From: Leucoraja ocellata | Taxonomy: Eukaryota | NCBI GenBank assembly: GCA_036785375.1 | Contig: JAWMAR010000070.1 | Span: 7,192,001-7,256,000 of the forward strand | Reading direction: 5' to 3' | Length of the DNA stretch: 64,000 nucleotides | In this document: positions 10,210 through 22,599 of the stretch, one piece after another | Position numbering within the stretch: the first letter of the stretch is position 1 | How the letters are laid out: each line of letters begins with the position of its first letter | Position numbers and translations under genes: made by a program | The notes under the pieces: generated by a model | The model's database searches: none | What the model saw: only the letters and a program-made list of their open reading frames with translations | Told to the model about the DNA's origin: nothing

Positions 10210-12014
10210 GTCCCTTGCAGTCAGAAACAAGTGAATTGATCATGGGGAACAAGGACATGGCAGACCAATTGAATAACTACTTTGGTTCTGTCTTCACTAA
10301 GGAAGACATAAATAATCTGCCGGAAATAGCAGGGGACCGGAGGTCAAATGAGATGGAGGAACTGAGTGAAATCCAGGTTAGCCGGGAAGTGGTGGTAGGT
10401 AAATTGAATGAATTAAAAGCCGATAAATCCCCAGGGCCAGATAGGTTGTATCCCAGAGTACTTAAGGAAATAGCCCCAGAAATAGTGGATGCATTAGTGA
10501 TAATTTTTCAAAACTCTAGATTTGGAAGTAGTTCCTGAGGATTGGAGGGTAGCTAATGTAACACCACATTTTAAAAAGAGAGGGAGAGAGAAAATGGGGA
10601 ATTACAGACCAGTTAGTCTAACGTTGGTAGTGGGGAAACTGCTAGAATCAGTTATTAAAGATGGGATAGTAGCACATTTGGAAAGTGGTGAAATCATTGG
10701 ACAAAGTCAGCATGGATTTATGAAGGGTAAATCATGTCTGACGAATCTTATAGAATTTTTCGAGGATGTAACTAGTAGCGTGGATAGGGGAGAACCAGTG
10801 GATGTGGTGTATCTGGACTTTCAGAAGGCTTTCGACAAGGTCCCACATAAGAGATTAGTATACAAACTTAAAGCACACGGTATTGGGGGTTCAGTATTGA
10901 TGTGGATAGAGAACTGGCTGGCAGACAGGAAGCAAAGAGTAGGAGTAAACGGGTCCTTTTCACAATGGCAGGCAGTGACTAGTGGGGTACCGCAAGGCTC
11001 AGTTCTGGGACCCCAGTTATTTACGGTATATATTAATGATTTGGACGAGGGAATTGAATGCAACATCTCCAAGTTTGTGGATGACACAAAGCTGGGGGCA
11101 GTGTTAGCTGTGAGGAGGATGCTAGGAGGCTGCAAGGTGACTTGGATAGGCTGGGTGAGTGGGCAAATGCATGGCAGATGCAGAATAATGTGGATAAATG
11201 TGAGGTTATCCACTTTGGTGGCAAAAACAGGAAATTAGACTATTATCTGAATGGTGGCCGATTAGGAAAGGGGGAGATGCAACGAGACCTGGGTGTCATG
11301 GTGCACCAGTCATTAAAAGTAGGCATGCAGGTGCAGCAGGCAGTGAAGAAGGCGAATGGTATATTAGCATTCATAGTAAAAGGATTTGAGTATAGGAGCA
11401 GGGAGGTTCTACTGCAGTTGTACATGCTCTTGGTGAGACCACACCTGGAGTATTGCGTACAGTTTTGGTCTCTTAATCTGAGGAAAGACATTCTTGCCAT
11501 AGAGGGAGTACAGAGAAGGCTCACCAGATTGATTCCTGGGATGTCAGGACTTTCATATGACGAAAGACTGGATAGACTCGGTTTGTACTCGCTAGAATTT
11601 AGAAGATTGAGGGGGGATCTTATAGAAACTTACAAAATTCTTAAGGGGTTGGACAGGCTAGATGCAGGAAAATTGTTCCCGATCTTGGGGAAGTCCAGAA
11701 CAAGGGGTCACAGTTTAAGGATAAGGAGGAAATCTTTTGGGGCCGAGATGAGGAAAACTTTTTTTCACACAGAGAGTGGTGAATCTGTGGAATTCTCTGC
11801 TGCAGAAGGTAGTTGAGGCCACAGTTCATTGGCTATATTTAAGTGGGAGTTAGATGTGGCCCTTGTGGCTAAATGGATCAGGTGGTATGGAGAGAACGCA
11901 GGTACAGGATACTGAGTTGGATGATCTGCCATGATCACATTGAATGGCGGTGCAGGCTCGAAGGGCCGAATGGCCTACTCCTGCACCTATTAGCTATGTT
12001 TCTATGTTTCTATG
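10210..12014 (+). mobile_element. 5'-truncated CR1/HER1 LINE with frameshifted ORF2
   Basis: [37 protein letters not shown] motifs; (TTTCTATG)n tail; TTCAG duplicated at both ends; absent from the paralogous site near 3510. Confidence 0.92.
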
Positions 12015-14223
12015 TTCAGCCTCGTGCAAGCAGAAACACTCCAAAAGGTCACGCTGTCCCAAGGATTCTTCCAGAAGATCGACAAATGAACCTCGTGGGG
12101 GCTGCCTTTTATAAGTCCCCGAACCTTGAGGGGCCGAACTACATAGGGGTGGTCTCTTTACAATCCAATCAAACATATTAATTACATCAGTATATTATAG
12201 ACAGTTTCCCAGACCACTAACAGATCCCGTACATTGTTTCAGGAGAAGCTTCTGGAAGATGCTAACTTAACTTGAATAATGCAACATTTACCCTGGAATT
12301 CAAACAAACCCGCCAGGGCTCAACACTTTAGCCAATCAACAAACAGTAGGATAACTGCCTGGCACATTATATACAATATTTACAATGCTGTTACAGTAAT
12401 CCAATCAACCATGCATTTACACTTCATTGGAGGTCATCTCCTTGCACGGAAATCGGCATCAAAACATGGGGGGCCACAATTCCATGGCAGCACACATGCA
12501 CACGCATGCATGCGGCACACACGCGAGGATTCGGCCATGGGCCCTGTGGACAGTAACATCGGGAGCTGACTTGGTTGGTGACCGATTCCGAACTCCAGCA
12601 ACAGCAGCTTCGTCCGCCCCGAACCGTGGGGCTTGAATCGGCCCGTTCGCGGGGCCTTTCATCGCCCGGCAGGGGTTTCAACATTGGCATTGATGTGGAT
12701 AGAGAACTGGCTGGTCTCTTAATCTGAGGAAAGACATTATTGCCATAGAGAGAGTACAGAGAAAGTTCACCAGACTGATTCCTGGGATGTCAGGACTTTA
12801 TGGCATACTGAGTTGGATGATCAGTATAATCATATTAAATGGCAGTGCAGGCTCGAAGGGCCGAATGGCCTACTCCTGCACCTATTTTCTATGTTTCTAT
12901 GGGAGCCTCGATCGCCTCGATCGCCTCGATGCAGCAGTTTGATTATAAGCCGCTTGGGCGCTGAAAGGCCCCGCGAACGGGACGATTCTGCCCATTGAAA
13001 GCGTCTGATAAAGTCCGGAACACAAAACATGGGCGGGGGGGGGGGAAATCGTCCCCCACCTCCCAAAGCATAGGGAGACGTGCCCCATGTCCCCCCCCAG
13101 GATTTCCGCCCATGGCGGTCACGATATCTCCTTCACCGCCGCAGTCTCGACGCCTCTTTGATGGCCGCGAAAAACCCCATGTGGGGCGTAGAAGGCCGGG
13201 TCGGATAAAGCGGAAAGTTAATTTCAATGAGGTCCTCCCCCTGACATCACTGGAAGCTGCTGGTCGACCACTCCCCCTTTGTGACATCACTCGAAGGGGG
13301 GTGAAGGTTTGCCGTTTAATAAGTTGGTTTTCACTATTTTTAAAACGCTATAACTTGTGAACTACAGCATGTAATGTGAAGTGGAGCAGTTTATTTTGTC
13401 AAAGGGGTTAATGTGATTAATAATGTGCGGAGGAGGGGAGGAGGAGAGGGGAGAGAAGGAGGAGGGTAAAGACGAGGGGGAGGGAGTGTAAGAGACTCGC
13501 CTGCGCAGTTGTGGGGTATGGGTGAGTGGTGGAATATTACGTTGGGGGGACGGGTACATCGCAAAGGAATCTCATTTAGATTTCTTGGGAGGAGGCTTTT
13601 CATTGTGGGGGGTGGAATTGCTGAGAGGTTTCATTTACTCCTTATTTATAAAATAATTACGATTGTGGGGAGGGGTGGGTTGGGGGCGGGGGCTCCCCGT
13701 TTCATTGTGGGGGGGTGGAGTAAGAGAGAGGTTTCATTTCCAGAATTTTCCTTGCTAGGGGATGGGGTGAGTATTGTGGGGTATGGGTGAGTGGTGGAAT
13801 ATTACGTTGGGGGAACGGGGCCCAACGGGTCCCACTTGGTCTAGTTATCATTATTTATTTAATGTTTCACGTTTACACCAATCTCTCCACCACCACGAAC
13901 AAGCAGCACAAGACGCAACAAGACAGACACCATTTTATGCAGATGCCGAGAAGTGTGATCAGCTCTGGCTGAACAACTAATCTTGTGTGTGGATTCGATA
14001 AGCAGAAGATTTAATGTCATAGTGTTATACAGTCATAGAGTGATACAGCATGGAAACAGGCCCTTTGGCCCAACTTGCCCACATTGGACAACATGTCCCA
14101 GCTACACTAGTCCCACCTGTCCACGTTTGGTCCATATCCCTCCAAATCTGACCTATCCCTGTTCCTGTCTAGCAGTTTCTTAAACGTCGGGATAGTTTCT
14201 GCCTCAACTGCGATGAGTTGACC

Positions 14224-14555
14224 AGAACGAGACGTGGTGGAGACACAAGCAGGATGTGTGGGGCGCCTGGTTGGCCGCTGGCAGCTGGGATGACGTTGTT
14301 CTTGTTAAACGTTAACGGCTGATGCAACGACACGTTTGGCAGAGGGTGGAGAGGTCGCGGCTGACTCCGGCCAATGCTCCGTGGGAGGCAGTGATTGGTT
14401 GAATGTACGTGAGGGCAGACAATGAGGGGCAGGAGAAGCCGGGAGTCGGTATAAAAGGAGCGAGCGATGGCAGGAGATGAGAACAAGACCGACCCCGTCA
14501 CCCTGTGTGGAGACTCCGGAGCTGGTAACCAACCCTGTGGATCCTTCAAGTGTCT
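14224..14555 (+). promoter_or_regulatory. A3 promoter and non-coding exon 1
   Basis: TATA 14450-14457, ERSE 14380-14398, donor GTGAGT at 14556; essentially identical to the A2 promoter. Confidence 0.72.
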
Positions 14556-15102
14556 GTGAGTGATGGGGGTGGGATTGTCTCTGTTCACTGTTCCCCCAGT
14601 TCAGAAGCCTGATAGCAGAGGGGAAGAAGCTGTTCCTGAGTCTGGTGGTGCGCGCTTTCAAGCTTCTGTACCGTCTGCTAGACAGGACCAGGGAGAAGAA
14701 GGAATGACTGGGGTGGGACAAGTGATGGAGTCATAGAGTCACAGCGAGACCTTCGGCCCAAGTTGCCCGCGCCCACCAATGTGTCCCCATCAATACTAGA
14801 CCCACCTGCCTGCGTTTGGCCCTTACCCCTCTAATCCTGTCCTATCAATGTACCTGTCTAACTGTTTCTTAATCATTGTGATAGTACCTGCCTCAACTAC
14901 CTCTTCCGGCAGCTCGTTCCAAACACCCTCCACCCTTTATGTAAAAAAGTCACCCCTCAGTTTCCCATTAAATCTTTCCCCCCCTCGCCTTAAACCGATG
15001 TCCTCTGGTTCTCGATTCCCCAACTCTGGGCGGGTTCAGGAAATGTCATCATGAATCCTACTGAGTTGCAATAAGGTGACCCATTGTTTCACCCACAGGA
15101 AC

Positions 15103-15652
15103 ATGGGACTGCAGAGATGGATAGGATTCATGGTCCTTGTGGAGATGGTGTGGCAAGTCTCCGCAACTGGAACAGGTCCGATCTCCAGAGAATGGGGAGA
15201 GGAACCAAACTTGGCCGGGCGGAACGCACGGGCCCCTCAGCAAGTCAACAATGAACCGCTTCCAAGATGCACGAATGACTTAGATTCTGACAGTGATCAC
15301 GGTGCATCGAATAGCGATATTAGGCTCATTGCATCTCCGGGTGATTCTTTGACGCTGCCCTGTAAAATATCCAAAGATTACAAACAACTCTGGTTAGTTC
15401 AGTGGAGACAAAACGATGTTGAAATTAACAATTATAATGAGAAAACGTTTGATGAATATACGGGATCTGATGTCCGCTGGATATTTGTGGATCTAGAAGT
15501 CCTTTGGGACTGGGACGGCTCGTTGCTCCTGAGGCATAAAAGAGAAAGATGAAGGGATATATTCCTGTGTTTCGTTCATTGATACTCATGTGTTATGTGA
15601 AGAATTGGCCCAGCTGACAATCCTCCCAGTGATTCAGCAGTGCCCGACCTAG
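15103..15652 (+). pseudogene. Frameshifted A-type Ig V-domain gene (A3)
   Basis: Same leader; PGDSLTLPC...VQW...DGSLLL, then a 2-nt deletion after 15532 (CTG A-- GGC versus CTG ACA GGT in A1). The shifted frame continues GIKEKDEGIYSCVSFIDTHVLCEELAQLTI. An extra base near 15622 also moves the paralogous TGA (15630-15632) out of frame. Confidence 0.75.
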
Positions 15653-16759
15653 GGTCAGTAGCAAAGTCTAGCTTAGTTTAGTTTTGTTTAGTTCTGGGAA
15701 ACAGGCCCTTCGGCCCACAGTCAACGGGGACCAGTGATCACCCAATATACACTAGTTCTATCCCACACACTGGATACAATTTACACCGACCAATTAACCT
15801 ACAAACACGCACGTCTCTGGGATGTGGGAGGAAACCGGAGAGCCCGTCGGAAACCCACACGGTCACAGTGAGAACGTGCAAACTCCGTACAGACAACACC
15901 CGGGGAATAGAGAGAGTGAATGCACAGAGTCTTTTACCCAGAGTGCGGGAATCAAGAACCAGGGGGCACAGGTTTAACGTGAGAGGGGCAAATTTTGAAA
16001 GGAATCTGAGGGGCAACTTTTTCACTCAGGTGGGGGGGGGGGGAGGGGGGGAGGTGTGTATGGAACGAGCTGCCAGAGTAGGTAGTTGAGGCAGGTTCTA
16101 CAACAACATTTAATGGGCACTTGGATAGGTCCATGGATAGGAATGGTTTTATGGGGATATGGGCCAAATGTGATGAAATAGAACTAGCTTAGTGGGTCTG
16201 CATGGGCGAGGCTATTAGTAGGTCAAATGGCTATTTCCTACTAGCCAATTATTGTGCTTGTTAGTAGTGACTAGATAGATAGATAGAATCTTTATTTGCC
16301 ACACGACCAGGGTTGGTGGTATGTGGGTTCGGTACATGATGCTACACTGCTTTAGTCACATTAACACTAATAACAACACAGATCACAGTAATAAAGTGCA
16401 TCCATACCACATCACAAATCACAAATCTCACCAACAATACATAGTGCAAAAGAACAGACAAAGACCATAGACAAGACACTGTATACATCAAAAGTCTTAG
16501 TATTGTCTGATTATTGGAGGGAATTGAGTGTTCTTATTGCTGAGGGGAAGAAACTGTTTTTAAAGCGGGTGGATTTTGTAGCAAGTGACCTGAGGCGCCT
16601 TCCTGAAGGGAGAGACTGAAATAGGTGGTTTGCTGGAGGGGAGGGGTCCGAGATGATCTTTATTGCCCGTTTTGAGGTACGTTGGAGATAAATGGAATGG
16701 ATTGAGGGCAGGGGGGAGTTGATGATCCTGAGGCCTTAGAGACAATGCGCTGTAATCTG

Positions 16760-19700
16760 GGTAGTGAGTAGACTACACCTATTATGCGCGTTATATTATC
16801 AAGAGCTTGCCTCCGCTAGTTTGTACGAGTAGCTACTAGGAAATGTAATGTCCTGCAGATCTATGCTGTAAGTAGATTTAATAAACATGTGTTGTATCTT
16901 GATATGTGTCCGACTCAGCTCATTACATGATGTCCACTATGTCATGTTTTTTTTAATTAGTTTTTGTGTCTACTATATCCATCATGACACATTTTTGTCG
17001 CCTTCCTAGTCCTGTGATCTTTGACTCTGACATTGCTGAACTCGGGCGTCTTTTCGAGCATGACTACACTCATTATGCTGGCATTGTTCATCGCAACGAC
17101 CCCCCCAATGTGCGTGCTTTTGTGTTGCTCAACTTAGCGGGACCTGAAGCTATGAATCGCGCTGGCAATTTCACATTTGAGCCTGCTGTTCTGGATGCTA
17201 ATGGTCAGGTCCTGGCGCCTGCTGAGACGAATGACGACCCTGCTGTCTTTCTTGCAAAGTTCAGATGGTTGTGTGACCTGCACTCAAACTATATTATTGA
17301 ACGGAGGTACACAAAAATGCTGGAGAAACTCAGCGGGTGCAGCAGCATCTATGGAGCGAAGGAAATAGGCGACGTTGCCTATTTCTATAAGGGTTTCGGG
17401 ATGAAACGTTGCCTATTTCCTTCGCTCCATAGATGCTGCTGCACCCGCTGAGTTTCTCCAGCATTTTTGTCTACCTTTGTTCCATTTGATCTTCCGTTTG
17501 TGCACGTCGAGTTGATTGCATTAGTTGAAACAGGGCGGACCTCGTGAAATCTTCCACCCCTGACATATGACGAAGGAATGGATCGACTGTGCTTGTATTC
17601 ACTGGAATTTAGGATGAGACTGGAACTTATAAAAACATATAAAATTCTTAAGGGATCGGACAGACTAGATAGATGCAGGAAAAATATTGGGGGAGTCCAG
17701 AACCAGTGGTCACACAGTTTAAGAATAAGGTCTCGGCCATTTAGGACTGAGATGAAAAAAAACCTTTTCACCCAGAGAGTTGTGAATCTGTGGAATTCTC
17801 TGCCACAGAAGGCAGTGGAGGCCAATTCACTGGATGTTCTCAAGAGAGAGTTAGATTAAGCTCTTAGTGCTAACGTAATCAAGGGATATGGGGAGAAAGC
17901 AGGAACGGGGTAATGATTTAGGATGTTCAGCCATGATCATATTGAATGGCGGTGCTGGCTCGAGGGGCCGAATGGCCTCCTCCTGCACCAATTTTCTATG
18001 TTTCTGCACAATCCCAACAAGGGTCAAAACTGGACTCTAATCAGCTGCTGCAACTGTGCAAGAGGCCAATGTAAGGGAGGCTCAGTGATACAGCTGTAGA
18101 GTTGCTGCCGTACAGCGCTAGTGACCCGGGTTCAATGCTGACTGTAGGTACTGTCTGTACGGTGGTTGTACTTTTTCCCTATGACCGTGAGGGTTTCGCC
18201 CAGGTGCTACAGTTTCCTCACAGATGTCAAAGACGTGCAGGTTTGTAGGTTAATTGGCTTCAGTAAATTGTCCCTTGTGTGTAGGTTAGAACTAGTGTAC
18301 GGGCGATCACTCAAGTTCAAGTGTTTAAGAGAGATTATTGTCATGTGTCCCTGATAGGACAATGAAATTCTTGCTTTGCTTCAGCACAACAGAACATAGT
18401 AGGCATTTACTACAGAACAGATCAGAGTTTCTCCAGCATTTTTGTGTACCTTTGATCTTCCAGCATCTGCAGTTCCTTCTTGAGCATATTATTGAACGGA
18501 CCAAGTTTTATGCTCGTATGCAACAGGTTGGTGAACCAAAGGTTTTATCAGTGACTTAAAACAAATGGCTGCACGCTGCTGATTTCAAGATCTCTGCGAT
18601 GAACTCATCCATGACAAACTTGTCGGAGGAATGCTTGATAGCAAGTTACGGGGTGAACTTCTTTGTAATACTGACCTAACCCTTAATCAAGCAGAGCATG
18701 CCTGTTGGATGCTGAGATAACATCTTCCCACACTGAGTCTGTGTCCTCTGGTCACTGTTCGCAGCATAGTGTTAATCTTGCAGACTACTCCTCTTGTAAC
18801 ACCCACACAAGGTCTGTTCGATGTCAAAATTGCAACTATTTTCTTGCTAGGTGTCAGCAGTTCTGCGTTGCTTATGGTAAAGCCTGTAATTTCTGCAAGA
18901 AGTTAAACCACTTTTCTCGATGCTGCCGTTCCCGTGTGACTCAAGCAGCGTCAAGGATGAGCCTGCACCTGCTGCAACATGAGCTTGTTGATAATGACTT
19001 CCAAGAGCTTGATTTGCCATCCCCCGCTCCACTCTCAGAAAGTACAGATACCAGTTCTGCAACCCATTCTCCCCTCCCTTCGTCTAACAAGCAACTTGAC
19101 CCTGAGGTAACCATGTTTGTGATTAACAGGCCTTTAATCGCTAAGGTTGATACTGGCACAAAATGCAATGTCATCTCGTTAACAGAGTTTTAAAAATTCG
19201 TTATGCTGCATGTATTGAAAAGGCCTCGGCCACGCTTTGGACTTACGGGGGAGATGTTCTACACCCTCTTGGACAAGCTGATTTAAAGTGCACCATAGAC
19301 AAGCAGACTCATACTTTAAAGGTTTATATTGTTAAGGGGGATTCAGAGACTTTGCTCAGTATCAACGCAATCCACGATCTAGGCCTGGTATAGTTTGGCT
19401 ACGCCGTCCATCAAGACTTTCTCGCTGATGGACACACTCAACAGGTACTCTCTCAATACAAAGATCTGTTTAACGCCAAGCTTAGCAAATTGCCTATCAA
19501 ATACCACATTGTTGTCGATCCCAACATAACTCCTGTGGTCCGAGAACCGCATCATGCTCTGCACGCCATGCGTGGCAGAGTAAACAATGAACTCAAGCGG
19601 ATGGTCTCCATGGGTGTTATTGCCGAGGTTACAGACCCATCTGACTGGGTTTCCACAATGGTGGTCGCAACAAAGAAAAACAAAGAGGAGATCCATATCT

Positions 19701-20325
19701 GCATAAACCCCAGAGACCTTAACTGCCATCAAACGGCCACACTACCCAATGCGATTATTAGAGGAAGTTGCTGCTCAGGTAGGCAACACTTCAGTATTCT
19801 CCATTCTGGATGCCAAGAGCTCATTTTGGAAGATTCCACTGGACCCAGACACGTCAAATCTCATTTCATTCGGCACCCCCTTTGGCCGATACAAATTTCT
19901 GAGAATGCCCTTTGGCATCAACTCTGCCAGCGACGTTTTCCAGCGCACGATGGAACAATTGTTTGTTGAGTACCCATGTGCCATCATTGTTGATGACATT
20001 CTCGTCTACAGACGTGATTGGACTGAACATGACGCCAATCTGAAGAAAGAACTATACAATGCCAAAGACATTCAGCTCAAACTCAATCCCTTGAAGGGCA
20101 AGTTTCGAGTTCCAGAAGATACTGACGTTGGACATGTCTTCACAAGTGATGGTCTCAGACCAGACCCATCAAAAACTGCACCTATCAACAAAATGCCGGT
20201 TCCTTGGAATGGTCAACTACCAGGGGAAATTTATTCCCAACCTCAGCGACATATCTGCCCCCTGTGGGAACTGACACACAAGGACGCTGCATGGTCATGG
20301 TATCCGCAGCACCAAAGAGTTTTCC
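16760..20325 (+). mobile_element. Decayed Ty3/Gypsy LTR retrotransposon (Mag-like), 3'-truncated
   Basis: Short 5' LTR about 16760-16927 ending CTCATTACA; gag with Zn knuckle CNFCKKLNHFSRCC; protease KVDTGTKCNVIS; RT FSILDAKSSFW, RMPFGI, IIVDDILVY; multiple stops and frameshifts. Confidence 0.88.
17306..18485. mobile_element. Composite insertion with palindromic Penelope-like ends and 15-bp TSD (duplicate 47119-48889)
   Basis: ATATTATTGAACGGA at 17291-17305 and 18486-18500 flanks the insert, which interrupts the Gypsy gag. Confidence 0.65.
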
Positions 20326-20572
20326 ATCAACCGTTCCTCAGCCCACCTGGCCATTATTTCAGGATGCTGCTGCAATTTATCACAACCATCTCCACTATCT
20401 GCAAAACCGCCTACTTTTGTGTCATCTCCCTTTACTTCTGTCCCTGTTTTGTTCCTGACAACATTCCCTTTTACTTTTGTTCCTGTTCTCAACACCTGCG
20501 GACTCCATGATTTTCCACATGTTGTTCCGGCCCCGTGTGGTCATGGACAATGTTGGACACAGCTCATAGAAG

Positions 20573-20710
20573 CCGGCGATGTTGCCCGTAGTGAGCAAGA
20601 GTTGCACAAAGTTCACACCCAACTCAATGCCGGCGTACAAAGAATCACTCACACCGGCTGTCTTCAAGAGAGTTTATTTCCATTAATGATACATTTACCG
20701 ATGCAAGCAC
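20573..20710 (-). terminator. Conserved polyadenylation module of B1 (B2 37486-37491; B3 51107-51112; B4 55646-55651)
   Basis: TTTATT on + strand at 20673-20678 inside the reverse complement of the A-gene module. Confidence 0.6.
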
Positions 20711-21112
20711 GATCTGTCCCATTGCACTACATTTGCCCCATATCCCCCTAAACCTTTCCCTGTCCCAAGTGTGTATTAAATATTGTTACAATTCCCACCC
20801 CACCAGACAGTTCTATAAACCCACCGCCCCCTGAGTGAAAATGTTGCCCTTCAGGTTCCTATTAAATCTTGCCCCTCTAACCTTAAACTTATGTCCCCCT
20901 GGTTCTTGATTCCCGTACCCCAGGTAAAATATGTTTTGTGTTCACCCCTCTATTCCCCACATGATGAATTAAGTGACTACAATATAGAATGCTGTTGTTG
21001 GCCTAAGTATGTGGAGTTTATAATGATGGATGTTATTGTGTGTTTGTGCTGTCCTGCCACTGCCTGTTGCTTCTGTCACATGGGGGGGCCTGTGCTGGGT
21101 CAGTGTGAGGTT

Positions 21113-21628
21113 TCACTTCACTGTCAGCTTGATATTTAGTCTACATTCCTTTTGGCCAGTGAACCAAGAGCAGGAATATATCCCAATATCAGTCTTGAGT
21201 AAACCTATGATGACCAACGAGGCATCCCGTGTCCCATCCACGTTTGTATTCATGAACCTCCAGCGGCCGACCCCCCCTGGATAAGTCGCTCCTTTCCCTT
21301 TAGTAAACACGCCCAGTATCCCGCTCCCTTTACTCCAGGTGATCATAAAATCCGCGGGTCCAGTCTTCCCTGTGGGTACTTTACAGGGCAGCGTAGCAGA
21401 ACCACCCTTGCGTGCCGTCACATCCGTGAATTTCATCTTGGTCGCAGCTGGCTTAGCACCGCATTCTGGAGAACTTTGTTTTTTGACTTGTCGAGGCTCC
21501 CGTGCGTTCCACCCGGGCAAGTTTGCTTCCTCTCCCCATTCTCTGGAGATCGGACCTGTTCCAGTTGCGGAGACTTGCCACACCATCTCCACAAGGACCA
21601 TGAATCCTATCCATCTCTGCAGTCCCAT
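21113..21628 (-). CDS. Secreted single V-set Ig-domain protein, subfamily B copy 1 (B1), 171 aa
   Basis: Same leader as the A genes; GGSATLPC, ITW, GRWRF, RDASLVI, DIGIYSC, ends KLTVK-stop; no TM segment. Confidence 0.88.
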   Translation of the reverse strand: MGLQRWIGFMVLVEMVWQVSATGTGPISREWGEEANLPGWNAREPRQVKKQSSPECGAKPAATKMKFTDVTARKGGSATLPCKVPTGKTGPADFMITWSKGSGILGVFTKGKGATYPGGVGRWRFMNTNVDGTRDASLVIIGLLKTDIGIYSCSWFTGQKECRLNIKLTVK

Positions 21629-21632
21629 GTTC

Positions 21633-22218
21633 CTGTGGGTGAAACAATGGGTCACCTTATTGCAACTCAGTAGGATTCATGATGACATTCCCTGAAGCTG
21701 CTGCCACCACACTGGGCAATATCGCTGTGCAGCTTCTACAGCTCCCGCCTGGTTTAGTTTAAGTTGCTTTGACCTGTCGTGGACCAACAACATTGAAGTG
21801 GCAGCCAAGGAGGCACACCAATGCATCGACTTCCTCAGAGACAGAGGAAATACGACAAGTCTCCAATGTCTCTTAGAAACTTCTACAGATGCACCACAGA
21901 GAGCAGACTGTGGGGTTGCATCACAGCTTGGTTTGGGAACAGCTCTGAGCCCAAGACCACAAGATATTGCAGAGTTGTGGATGGAGCCCAGTCCATCACA
22001 CAGACCACACTCCCCACCAGTGACTCCATCTACAACCAAAAAAATCAAAGTCTTGTCCCACCCCGGGCATTCCTCCTTCTCCCTGGTCCTGTCTAGCAGA
22101 CGGTACAGAAGCTTGAAAGCGCGCACCACCAGACTCAGGAACAGCTTCTTCCCCTCTGCTATCAGGCTTCTGAACTGGGGGAACAGTGAACAGAGACAAT
22201 CCCACCCCCATCACTCAC
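21633..22218 (-). other. Predicted 5'UTR intron of B1, alternative type (also B3, 52036-52621)
   Basis: Same donor and acceptor ends as the other copies, but the middle (about 21696-22050) is a longer Rex1-like remnant instead of the CR1-type fragment. Confidence 0.65.
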
Positions 22219-22593
22219 AGACACTTGAAGGATCCACAGGGTTGGTTACCAGCTCCGGAGTCTCCACACAGGGTGACGGGGTCGGTCTTGTTCTCATCTC
22301 CTGCCATCGCTCGCTCCTTTTATACCGACTCCCGGCTTCTCCTGCCCCTCATTGTCTGCCCTCACGTACATTCAACCAATCACTGCCTCCCACGGAGCAT
22401 TGGCCGGAGTCAGCCGCGACCTCTCCACTCTCTGCCAAACGTGTCGTTGCATCAGCCGTTAACGTTTAACAAGAACAACGTCATCCCAGCTGCCAGCGGC
22501 CAACCAGGCGCCCCACACATCCTGCTTGTGTCTCCACCACGTCTCGCTTTGGCCACCCATCGGACCAGATGTCCCAGCCACGCCACGTCACCA
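22219..22593 (-). promoter_or_regulatory. B1 promoter and non-coding exon 1
   Basis: TATA 22317-22324; ERSE CCAAT-N9-CCACG 22376-22394; UPRE-type TGACGTGG (CCACGTCA on + strand) 22583-22590. Confidence 0.75.
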
Positions 22594-22599
22594 CCACAG

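Noticed and set aside
21068-21107. RSS-like CACACTG-24 nt-ACAGAAGCA just after the stop codon of B genes
   Set aside because: It lies after the stop and after a complete G strand, the nonamer is weak, the spacer is 24 (26 in B4) and A genes lack it; no D, J or C segments are in the window. Probably chance, though an RSS information-content score would settle it.
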